Positions 50,601 to 59,387 of a DNA stretch of 64,000 nt are shown in pieces. The translations under genes were made by a program, and so were the position numbers. Position 1 is the stretch's first letter. Each line of letters starts with the position of its first letter. The DNA is from Eukaryota sp. TZLM1-RC (Eukaryota > Protista > Metamonada: BaSk clade), in assembly GCA_040285825.1 (NCBI GenBank), contig JAUPSS010000002.1:496001-560000 (forward strand), read 5' to 3'. Under the pieces are notes generated by a model. That model was not told the origin of the DNA. It searched no databases and saw only the letters and a program-made list of their open reading frames with translations.

Positions 50601-51417
50601 ACCCTGCTCTGAAGAACGTCACAGAGCCAGCGAATTGTTTAGCGAAGCAGTTGATGTTGCAAAGTGTCTTTATCTCGATGACAATTCTTCCGAACCAATC
50701 AATTCTTCATGTGCCGCGACGCTTGCCACAATCACTTTAGAAGTTGCCAATCATTTTGAATCACGCCATCAAGAAAATGGAAGACCAGAGCACTCAAGAT
50801 GGAACCGTTCTGCTGGAATTGCTGATGATGAGCACTCTACCAAGGCAAGAGAACTTTATAATGAAACTGTAAAATATTCAGACATTGCGATGGGGTTAGT
50901 TTCTGGAGCTGAGTATGCCTCTGTATATGCAGTAGATCGTCCTCTGCATGTTGTTAAATCTAATGCGATTGTAGGGCTTGTGCGATTAAATAAGACAAAT
51001 CTTTCAAATGAGAGTTGGGGTGATTTGGATATGAACTTAATGTTTGTTGAAAGGGTCTGTGGTCGTTTATTGCCTTATACAGCTAAACTTCACTTGGACT
51101 TGGCCTATTGTATTCACGAAGCCAATGTGCAATCAGAACCGGAACTCACTGAAGTTTGTGCCAGGAATGCAAGAAGGGCTTACCTTTCTCTAGTTAAGGT
51201 TTATGGTGATGATGGCAGTTGCAGTTTGGGAGATACTAGGTATTTTTCAAGTCTTGATAATGTAGGTAATGAATACGTTGAGCTGGCTTACAGAGCTGTT
51301 CGACAATTCGAAACAATTTTGGCTTCTGAATTAGCTGAAATTCCACGGGATCTTTTGGCTGAGAAAATTGAAGATTTGGAAGTTAATGGCGAAATTTTTA
51401 GTGATGATGAATTTTGA
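47620..51417 (+). CDS. CLU (clustered-mitochondria)-family protein with N-terminal acylation motif, ubiquitin-like domain and ZZ-like Zn finger
   Basis: MGCGAS start; QQRFFYNGSEL (Ubl-like); GGDTFVIGGI, FKVAGNEAR, VDAFGHR, IVYGSFDSG, LNLKEH, DGNRFY, LFPPD (CLU); CDHC...YDLCLCCY; MANRGITSKYLG (CLU central). Confidence 0.72.
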   Translation: MGCGASIPVVDQQEDNSVVEPQQKNVTEDPSPHQSNDVSLDDNVPPDDSNVKPDDDASHNAEEKPDNNVGEQPDITSNEPNIASDGPNVTSDEPNIVPSQPDSKSHEDEPDVIDSQQPQQKVEQLDESLELSEDETGTKDNPSLDNDAAPDDSSKSPPVPKLNLSESKPVDLPTPDVPSPPSDGIPSPHFKPSFVSKTLGSYEVQEIREHEERNNMRLAEKYSHGREEREEEDMKLAEYQAIIQRQAELERQKREEEERIIRKDLEDANDPSLLSFYVVVPSSFLPNEDSLVDDVDGVEDQRVLYRYHLPRDSATLLDLKLAVNMDFGFSFAQQRFFYNGSELDDNVLLGSLPSFDDGSYLALHPQGQPSVDDVVCLRPKQVETSINDVITTQLHDRNQLEDTDVRNWIEELVEIRSLPTDNLSESIEKEKRLLTLFAEFEYAAQTAVALILSAEGDPQSPIKPIKLSAIYGDHGGDTFVIGGIVIRKAQNWEVLQQDIGEGDLAFKVAGNEARHSRLLHSILNHTSSQALSSLYPTLVVTVDAFGHRYLCESALPVTPSMIVYGSFDSGVTIHRHLCVEKVAGDLAGVLNLKEHNVYSKLDPTRPIPFELSLNSEIYMTLDGNRFYIRNVGQLFPPDDPKPNTIDHVVDLFHPSFVMNYSASDELIEGYRRFTCREPRMCDHCGEVVMEFQYFSHPSREYDLCLCCYNNEPETKLRFLKTKLVSKIVPKEERLEYWRNSETGDVVFDEPIKKTPLNTNGYTLDLQGHPEGLIDRHDVMELKNASKKLSEVIVSQFACDLNEDKIQVHVSEELLVQMANRGITSKYLGVLLESVTSRHHKEMVVVEIVAGCLKTLIRDGLSYMENRTQEDLQLTVVYYLNQALTLSENENSLHLWSFIEGLALKKYNVELDDRVNKKIQLNSLLFSVCRKLGIVLDLSIVDRIDYEEEEPVKFDDVMAVVPVTSGHPISSPEVDRILAEARALDDQGKADHWWQPCSEERHRASELFSEAVDVAKCLYLDDNSSEPINSSCAATLATITLEVANHFESRHQENGRPEHSRWNRSAGIADDEHSTKARELYNETVKYSDIAMGLVSGAEYASVYAVDRPLHVVKSNAIVGLVRLNKTNLSNESWGDLDMNLMFVERVCGRLLPYTAKLHLDLAYCIHEANVQSEPELTEVCARNARRAYLSLVKVYGDDGSCSLGDTRYFSSLDNVGNEYVELAYRAVRQFETILASELAEIPRDLLAEKIEDLEVNGEIFSDDEF
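47835..47925 (+). repeat. Imperfect 21-bp tandem repeat encoding P(D/N)xxSxE units
   Basis: PDITSNE PNIASDG PNVTSDE PNIVPSQ within the CLU-family ORF. Confidence 0.6.
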
Positions 51418-51543
51418 TTGTAAAATAGTAGATGTTTTGGATGAATAAATTTAATTTTTTTTGTTTTTTACAGTTTTGCCTGATCTCAATAAATTATCAC
51501 CAGTAGCGAAAGGTTAAGTTGAAGAAGAATGTATAGTTTTGAA

Positions 51544-52347
51544 TATATGGTTTATTATTAAATGATCATCAATGGACAACTGCCTTCAGGATGAGGTGTT
51601 TTCTGTGGCCATGTAGTGTGCCAAATGATTTGATTTGTCCTTGTGTCAGCTCATTAATCTGAATCATTTATTTAATTGCAAATTTAATATTACATATCGC
51701 TCAGTAGTTCACGATGCTGTTAGAGACCAACTGTACGCTATGTGCAAAAGTCATTACATTGAAGCTTTTGTTGAACCACTTGTGCGAAGGTTGTCATCTG
51801 AAAATGAAAATGAAAATACTTTTGGGAACCGCCGTTCTGATTTAATTACCCCTGGGTCTGATGGTGTTATTAAAGTTGTTGATGTTGTCACTGTTGTTGT
51901 TTGTAAAGACTCAGCAATTGATTTTGCTAAAAGAGATGAAACTCCACTTTGCTTTGCTGAAAAGAGCAAAATCAAAAAGTACAATGAACCCTTATCTCAG
52001 CTAGGACGTGTTGAGCATGTCAAGTATCAGTTGGTTCCATTTGCTGTTTCTCTTTTTGGTAACATTGGAATATCTGGCATTAAATTTCTTGATGGTTTCA
52101 GAAGTTTAATAAAAGAAAGAGCAGGAAAAGAATATAACTTCATTTTCTGGCACAATGGAATTGTTTTCAGTACTCTTAAAGCAATTTCAGAAATGTTGAC
52201 CAAAGCACTGTTTCAATTGGGAATAGAGTATGAAAATCGCGCGCTTAAAAGATTTGATGATGTTGATGCATGTATTGAGGATATTGAGTTCTAGTTTTTT
52301 GTTTAATGTTTTGTTAGCGTTGAAAATAAATTTCAAATCATAAAAAA
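51544..52347 (+). mobile_element. 3' fragment of family B1 retrotransposon
   Basis: Near-identical to 14050-14845, ending DACIEDIEF. TSD ATAGTTTTGAA at 51533-51543 and 52348-52358. Confidence 0.92.
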
Positions 52348-52892
52348 ATAGTTTTGAAGTAACTTAAGAGATCACACTTTTGTCTATTTAGGTTGGTTCC
52401 TAGGAAAAAGGCCAAGAGCGAATGTGGTTAGCGTACTATTGTTAGTTAGGAACGAGACAATTGTAGGTGTAAGGGACTCAGAAATGTTGTTTCCGCTGAC
52501 GTTGTCAAGTCTTTACATCGGAGAAGATAGAGTTCGTGTAAGAGAGAAGTTGTGAATGTTGTCCTGTCAAGAGTCATTGTTAGGTTGAGTGGTTTCTATT
52601 TAAAGATTAAAGAAGTGTCAAGTTGATCAGCTTATGAAAATAAACTTTATACGAACTCATTGAAACAACACGTTTTCTTCATTGGATATGCTAATGTTAT
52701 CACCTGAAAAACTCCTTCAACTGTAACCTTTTCACGAAAGAAAATAGTTGCGGCAGCTTAAATATCACGTATTATAGTGTTTAATTAGCATTTTGCTCAG
52801 GCTTTGTATTTGTATAGATGTAAGAAGTTGTGAATAAATCAAATTTTTATTGTTGACTGCCTGATCTTTTCTCGACTGACATATTCACCCCA

Positions 52893-54804
52893 ATGGCAAA
52901 TCCAGAATTGCCACGTCGAGGGCGTGTACTCCCCTGGGAGGTTAACCGTCGTGAGCAACCAATAAACGACAGCAAGACGACAGTTCCATCAAGTGCTGCT
53001 CAGTTCTTCTCTACTGCAGCTCTTGTTTCAATGGAAAGACAGTTTCGCTATATTCGAACTGTCACTGTGCTTACTGCCCGGTTAGCACAGCTGTTTGTCC
53101 TGCAATATCCGGCAATGGCTTTCTGGTTATATCAACAACAGTCTTGGTATCAATGCCAAGACTTTGTAATGGTACCTCATCCGACTGTGAGACGCCCATT
53201 CGAGAATCATATGGAAGTGTACCGCGCACTCTATGATGTCTCTTTCCGACCTGGCTGGCCGTTTCCTCCTATTGGCTTTCAGAAGGGAACCGACAACTGG
53301 TGCCACTCTGACATTAGAAGCTTTCACGCACTGCAAATGGCGAACAGCTTTTGTCAAATACTTACTGATGGCCCTGTCTCCTGGAAGCTGAACTTCTTGC
53401 GGACAATGGCTACCTTCTTTGAGTGCCCTTGCCCAAAGAAATATGCTTCATTAGTGGTGAACACGACTGCAGCCACTATTCCTGACTCTTTGCGCGCATG
53501 GTATGATGAAGGTCACCATGAGTACATAATGGACCTATTTACTCAGCAGGTTGCCGACCCTCATCGTTTTGACGCTATGTTGATGCTGGACAATGTTGAT
53601 CTCAATCCAGACAACATCACCTTCTTATTCACTGCTGGGCTAATTATTTTATCCTTTCTGGAAAATATTGCATCTGACACCATGGGAAGAAATGCCGTGT
53701 CCCCATCCCCCAGTTATTCTCCTGGCTTTATCTCTTTTAGTCAAAAACTGGAAAAGCATTTTCTCTCTTTTGATGCCAACCACTGTCTGCCGAAAGATCC
53801 GTTTGCCTTTTTCAGAAAAAAGAAGTATCTTACTTACACAATCAGTTCAGATGCTGTTTCAGTCCGCTTCACTTTTTCTTTTGCCCCAAAAAAAATAAGA
53901 ATCGGCGGACAGCCAGAGAATTGGCAACCACCATAGCCAGTGAGGAACTCGATATACCTGAAAAAAATCGAAAGCGAAACTCTAGACTTCAACAACAGGT
54001 CCGTCCAAGGCAACGTCGAAGAACTGACGACGCCTATGAGCCTCCGCCAGTTGATCCAATTGAATATTCATTTTGTGCAATTGATCCTAATGACAAAAAT
54101 TTGTGTAGTTATTCAGTTGGATCAAGAATAGATGATAACATTGTTGACCATCAACTTTCGGGCCTTGTTCTGAATCCAAAGGCAAAAAAGATCATTCAAC
54201 CACCAGTCCTGACTCATGCATCACCAAATTGCTATTTTGCTAAGAATTTACACAAATATCTTAATGAAATAGCAATGCCTTTGATGTGGGTACCGACACA
54301 GGAAGAAATCAGCAATCCCGACTTCCGTCCGAGAACTATACTAGTCCAACTGCTGATGAATGGAGATCGGCGAGACCTGCGACACAACAAGTTTGATTTC
54401 TTTATAAGAAGGCAAAAAAGAATAATGAGATTTATTGAAAAAATTAAACTAATGGCTAATGGAAGAAAAACCATAATTTGGTTTGGTAGTGGAGGTGATG
54501 GGCCATCAAGACAATCTGTGAAACCCCAAGGAAGCGCTTTTTGAAGGAGATTCGGAAACATTTTACATATGTGAAGTCTAATGGAGATGAATTCTACACA
54601 TCTGCCAAAACGAATTGCTGTAAGGTATTCAATCAAAAGTTGTATCACGATGATGGGAGGGTGAACAACGATAAGTTTGTATGCCCTCAATGTCAGACAC
54701 TCTGGTCGAGGGACATCTCAGCTTCCAGAAACCAACTGGAGATTGCCATAAGTGAGGAATACCACAATGAAAGACCTGAGGCGTTCCGGAGACCCCATAG
54801 ATAA
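52893..54804 (+). pseudogene. Fanzor B (second subfamily), full length with two frameshifts
   Basis: LTDGPVSWKLNFLR, FCAIDPN, NKFDFFIRRQKR, IIWFGSGG, DEFYTSAKTNCC, CPQC..WSRDISASRN, RPEAFRR across ORFs 52893..53936, 53921..54544 and 54541..54804. Confidence 0.88.
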
Positions 54805-54969
54805 GTGTTTTTCCATGTATTGCGTACATGTACACGTATTGTGATGTTGCTGCTTTAACTATCATTTGATCGTGATATCATATAGTGATGGATCTAAAGT
54901 ATGCTTAACGTCTATCAAGATTGCATGAATTGGTCAAAAGCCGGAAGTGCTTTTGGATAGAAATTCACA
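54805..54969 (+). ncRNA. Putative omega-RNA scaffold of Fanzor B
   Basis: CCATGTATTGC at 54813 (shared with family A), TGTGA at 54840, terminal hairpin TGAATT..TCAAAAGC/GCTTTTGG..AATTCA, GAAATTCACA at 54960-54969. Confidence 0.72.
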
Positions 54970-55012
54970 GTAGCTGGTTGCTTTTTTAAATAACTCCTAA
55001 CTACTTCTAAAC

Positions 55013-55459
55013 ATGTCTGGAGATCATTGGACTAAGTCCTCTCCATTGTTAATCAAGAACAAGCCTGTAATAATTGCAGTGTTGTTCATGATAGTTACTC
55101 TTGTTTCAAGTACTATTGGACTACTGCGCAATGGCTCCTCTTCCACCACTGATGATATTCATATTTGGGCCAGATTTGCCTTCACGGCCATTCCTATTAC
55201 ATCCCTTTATCTTTTCGATTTTCTCCAGTCATGGTCATTTATTGTTGTCCATGTTGTGCATTATGTCGCAACAGTTGCTGCTGTTATGCTGTTTGTGTTC
55301 ATTTCTGGCTTGTTTGTTGAATTGCACCCTAGTGCCTACCGTGATGGGTTTTTAAACTTCACAATCGTTTATATTGGAGTCACCATCTTTGAGTTTGCAG
55401 TGGTTCTTTACAGGAAGAAATTCGTGGCTAGGAATAGTAATGAATCAGTCATTATTTAG
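55013..55459 (+). CDS. Small 4-TM membrane protein of unknown function
   Basis: 148-aa ATG-initiated ORF with four hydrophobic segments and ELHPSAYRDGFLNFT. Confidence 0.7.
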   Translation: MSGDHWTKSSPLLIKNKPVIIAVLFMIVTLVSSTIGLLRNGSSSTTDDIHIWARFAFTAIPITSLYLFDFLQSWSFIVVHVVHYVATVAAVMLFVFISGLFVELHPSAYRDGFLNFTIVYIGVTIFEFAVVLYRKKFVARNSNESVII

Positions 55460-56218
55460 GAGTTTGCTTAGATCACTAATAGACATTTTACCTTGGACAT
55501 TGGTAATTTCCTCTAGTTGAACCCATAAAACTCGACAACTTGACAAATTGACAACATTACAATTCAGTTCATTTCTATGAACTTTGACACTGAACAAAAT
55601 TAACTAAGAACTAAGGGGACGTAGTTCATTGAATCAAGATTCCCTCTATTTTTTTCTATAAAGTTTAAATCTAACAAACTTGATTTAGAGGATCATACAT
55701 AATGAGATAGTTATTATTGAGTAATTCATAATCATCAATAATCAGCAATTCATTGTTTGTTCATAAAATGGGTTGTGAATTTTTACAACCTAGAAATGAT
55801 CCTTTTTTAAATATATGAATATTAAATCTGTTTGCTATTGCCTTTAATTCTGAGCTTTCGGCTCTACACAATAAAGCTAAATACCCACAGATTGGGCTAT
55901 TGAGTCCGCTTTCTTCCGATCTGAATGCTGGAATCAGATTCTCACTTATTATTTCTGATTGATTTTTGATGTTTTTGATTGATTGTTGTGGTTGTGTATC
56001 AATTTCCCCGTAGTTATTTCTTGGTCAACTTGAGTTATGTAATGGTGCTTTTCTTATCTTGTTTGAGGTGGTGTAGCTCTGTACTTTGGTTTTATTCATG
56101 TGGTTTAATAATTTTATTATACAAAAACTATACAAATTTGGGAAAAAACACAAAACGATACAATTCTTTTCAGATTTTGACCAAAAAACTGAATAAATAA
56201 AAATAAACAAAAAATGAA

Positions 56219-56731
56219 CTACGATAACTTACCCTGCTTTTTTAAAGTGCGAATCTTGTCTTTAATGCTCAAATTCGTTCTACAGGGATGTAGTTTATTC
56301 AAATTGTGTCCCAAATCAAGTAGCATCCTGTGCTTGTTTGTGTGGGTCTTGACTGAATCATAATGAGTAATAATAAACTGCTCTTCCTCCTGAGACCACA
56401 TCCTCTTTCTAGTGGGTTGACGTAAGGGAAGGGGAGGAGGTGCATAGACAACTGTTTCAGAAGTACATGGAGAGACTGGTCTTTGGGGGAGAGGAGACAT
56501 GGGTAGACCAAGCAAGGTAGCTAAATCGGGCGCGCTCATACTGGTTACATGAGTAGCAGCCTGTCGTATTAGTTCAATATTATCCTTCCAACTCGGATCA
56601 GCCTCAAAAGAATGGCGGAACATATGGAGAATTTCTTTAAGGACATCTGCGATGTATGACTCTACATCAAGTTCACAGGAGGAGTCAGAAGAAAGATCTA
56701 TGGGGGATGGAGATGGAGAGGGGTCTTGCAT
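56219..56731 (-). CDS. Small protein with C-terminal TRF/telobox-type Myb domain
   Basis: RKRMWSQEEE...HPCRTNLSIKDKIRTLKK matches the single-Myb telobox pattern (RT.v.lKDkwR). The minus-strand 3' flank is T-rich. Confidence 0.7.
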   Translation of the reverse strand: MQDPSPSPSPIDLSSDSSCELDVESYIADVLKEILHMFRHSFEADPSWKDNIELIRQAATHVTSMSAPDLATLLGLPMSPLPQRPVSPCTSETVVYAPPPLPLRQPTRKRMWSQEEEQFIITHYDSVKTHTNKHRMLLDLGHNLNKLHPCRTNLSIKDKIRTLKKQGKLS

Positions 56732-56774
56732 TACTACGAATTGATTGGGTGTGCGGGCATAACAATTGACTCTG

Positions 56775-57034
56775 AGAATTTCACATTAAGTGGATATTGA
56801 ACAGTGTTCGGAATTTTGACCACGCGGAGGCACCAACCACCATGTGCCACCGCGTGGTCCACATGGTGGTGTATTTTTTAGCCTATAAAATGCTGTTACC
56901 TTCTGACATTGTCAAATCATTATGAATAAAACATGTTTATTTGTTACAAACTAATACTAATCCATTGAAGATGAACTTCAAGAACTGAGGTGACATGTAC
57001 TCACCTAAGAATTTCACATCAAGTGGATATTGAA
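56775..57034 (-). repeat. Two 27-bp direct repeats (56775-56801, 57008-57034), one mismatch, 233-bp period
   Basis: AGAATTTCACATTAAGTGGATATTGAA versus AGAATTTCACATCAAGTGGATATTGAA. Confidence 0.95.
56818..56870. other. GC-rich H-type pseudoknot / overlapping inverted repeats
   Basis: GACCACGCGG (56818-27) pairs with CCGCGTGGTC (56850-59); ACCACCATGTG (56836-46) pairs with CACATGGTGGT (56860-70). Order is A-B-A'-B'. Confidence 0.8.
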
Positions 57035-57158
57035 TAAATATCGCCAACACTGATGTAAACTTCTCAGCACCAAGAGTTAGTATACACTGAACACCTTGGA
57101 AATACGTTGATGAAAACAGTCACTGCTGTCTCCTTACACGCCTTACACGCCTTGGCCT
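57006..57158 (-). ncRNA. Putative omega-RNA scaffold of Fanzor C
   Basis: TCAACGTATT, CCAAG../CTTGG hairpin, CTGAGA (57062-67) complementary to terminal TCTTAG, terminal hairpin (57012-57059), end GAAATTCTTA. Confidence 0.68.
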
Positions 57159-58864
57159 TCAGAATGGTTCTGGCCTAGTACCAGTGAAATACTCACTGAT
57201 TGCAATCTCCAGCTGATTTCTGGAGGCTGAGAGGTCCCTAGACCAGGTGGTCTGACATCGAGGGCAATTGAACTTAGCGTTATTTACTCTTCTATCATCA
57301 TGATATATCTTTCTATGAAGGACCTTGTAGCAATTCACTTTTGCTGAGGTCATAAACTCGTCCTCCACTTTGACGTTTTCAAAGTGTTCTTGGATTTGAT
57401 TGAGAAATCTTTTCTGGGGGATTTCACAGCTTGGCGAGATGGACCACCGCTGCCATTGCCGAACCAAACTATAGTGTTTCTTCCTTCAGACAAGCGTTTA
57501 ATTGTTTTAATAAAACGAGTTAGTCTCTTTTGTCTTCGTATGAAAAAATCAAACTTATTTCTTTTAAGTTTTTTTCATTGCACCACGCCGCAGGTTTCCA
57601 CACATATTTGAAGAATATTCAGGCCCTTCCTCAGATTCAGAAACATAACGTAAACTTATTTCAATCAGATACTGGTGGAAGTTCTGAGCAGAATAAGTGT
57701 TAGGAGTTGCTTGAGTGAGGGGAGGAGGGTGATTTGCTTTTCGTTATTTTGGGTTTAGCAGTAAGCCAGAACCCTCAAATACAGGTGCAGAATATCGGAG
57801 AAAACCAGCAGCTCAACCACAAAGATTGATGTGGTTGGGATCAATAGCTACAAAAATTTTCATTAGGATTTCGATAATTGGGCTGTTCATCCACTGGTAA
57901 CCGTTGTTTGCGCTGTGGATTTGCTTTTTTATGGACTTTACATTTTCTTTTTTTTTCAGAGTTATGAAAATCATGGTTTCCAGGGAAACGTCTCGACTCA
58001 AATTCCGCTTCAGTTGGCCGACTATATGCTTTCCCTGCCTTCTGGGTAAACATGAACCGCAAAGAATCACCATTTGAAAAAGTTTTATGGTTAATAAATT
58101 TAAATTTATCAAAACGCCGATAACGGTTGTTCAGAAGCTCTTTGGTTTCATTTAGGTTTGTGAAATAAGCTTTATCCAAATTGCAGAATCATGGAGACCA
58201 ACAGAATGAAGGCGAGAGAGGGTGCTTTTTCACAACCTCAGGGCAGTTATCCTTTAGAGAAAAATTATTCGGTCCTGATTGAAAGATTGTGGCCACAGTT
58301 TCCATAGTAATGGCAAATCGTTTATTTCTGATTGAGGTTTCCACCATATTTTGTCCCCCACCAATATAGGCATTTGCCGTCATATTTAACCAGTGGGTCA
58401 GGATATGCTGGAGCATTTCTTGATACCAATGTAAAATTGACTCATCCCACTGGACATCTTGAATCAAACTCGGCGTACTTTTTGGGTCTTGGACAATTGA
58501 AACACTGGGCACAGCTCTTGAAAAATTTGTTTTTCAAACAACAGCGCCGTCAGCCAACAACTGGCAAAAAACTTCCCTCAGTTGAATGGCTAAACTGCCA
58601 AACAGACTGGAAAGGCACCAGAATCTACCACCGCCGGCTGACGTGGTTTCCTTCAGTGGGCGCCAAGGCCAAAAGAGCTGAAAGAAGTTTAAGCCACATA
58701 GAGTGTTCTGGGTGTTGAAATACAAAGAGTCGTGCTATGTGATCAGCATGAGCTCGAATACTAGCGAGAACTTGGAACTGGCGTTCCATAGCTTCTCGTA
58801 CATCTGAGCCAAAAATCTTGTTGACAGACGCTCCCACAGTTGTGGTCTGTAGAGCGTTATCCAT
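57159..58864 (-). pseudogene. Fanzor C (third subfamily), multiply frameshifted
   Basis: TTTVGASVNKIF..AMERQF, FVAIDPNHINLCG, DEFMTSAKVNC, CPRCQTTWSRDLSASRNQLEIA, RPEPF, spread over several short ORFs. Confidence 0.85.
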
Positions 58865-59387
58865 GACAGTCAACACAGAAGGGAAGGAGTTAGAAATGAT
58901 TAAAAAGTAGTTTCCTTAAATTAAAATTTGGTGAAATCAACCAGTCTTATAGTTGTCAATTCAAAGTAAAGTTAGTTGTAGGGGTTTGTTAATTTACATA
59001 TCGTCCATGTTTACATCTTGAATGTTTTCCTTTCTTCAAAAAGGAACTAAATGATACAAAAATTGGTAAGTGGAGTTTGGCTGGATTGTTACCATTCCTC
59101 ATAATCGTAGTGGGATTTCATTTCATCACCGGAATGAAATCCACAGTACAGAATCGCAATCTGCAATACTTGGCCCACTTTGATGCTTTTAAACCTGTAC
59201 TTAATCCTTTGTTGAAGACAATGAATTAGGTTTATTATTAGATTAATAAGGCTTTGGATAATTTTATGCATAATTTTGTTGTACAAAATATATTTGAATT
59301 GAAACGATGCAGTTTTCAAGAAAGTTTTTAAAAAAATTGACACTTATCTTAAAACAAAAGTAAACAATCACAATTTTTACAGCAAAG

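Noticed and set aside
54970-54990. Fanzor guides targeting the local retrotransposons (e.g. AGCTGGTT also at ~7582)
   Set aside because: Only an 8-nt match, expected by chance. I found no convincing in-window target for any guide by eye.
55608-55650. Separate element
   Set aside because: Only a ~40-bp degenerate scrap of the family A 3' end.
56818-56870. Telomerase RNA, given the pseudoknot next to a telobox gene
   Set aside because: No recognisable template repeat or U-A triple-helix tracts.
56775-57034. Calling the 27-bp repeat pair a CRISPR array
   Set aside because: Two units, a 206-bp interval and no cas genes; reported as a hypothesis only.
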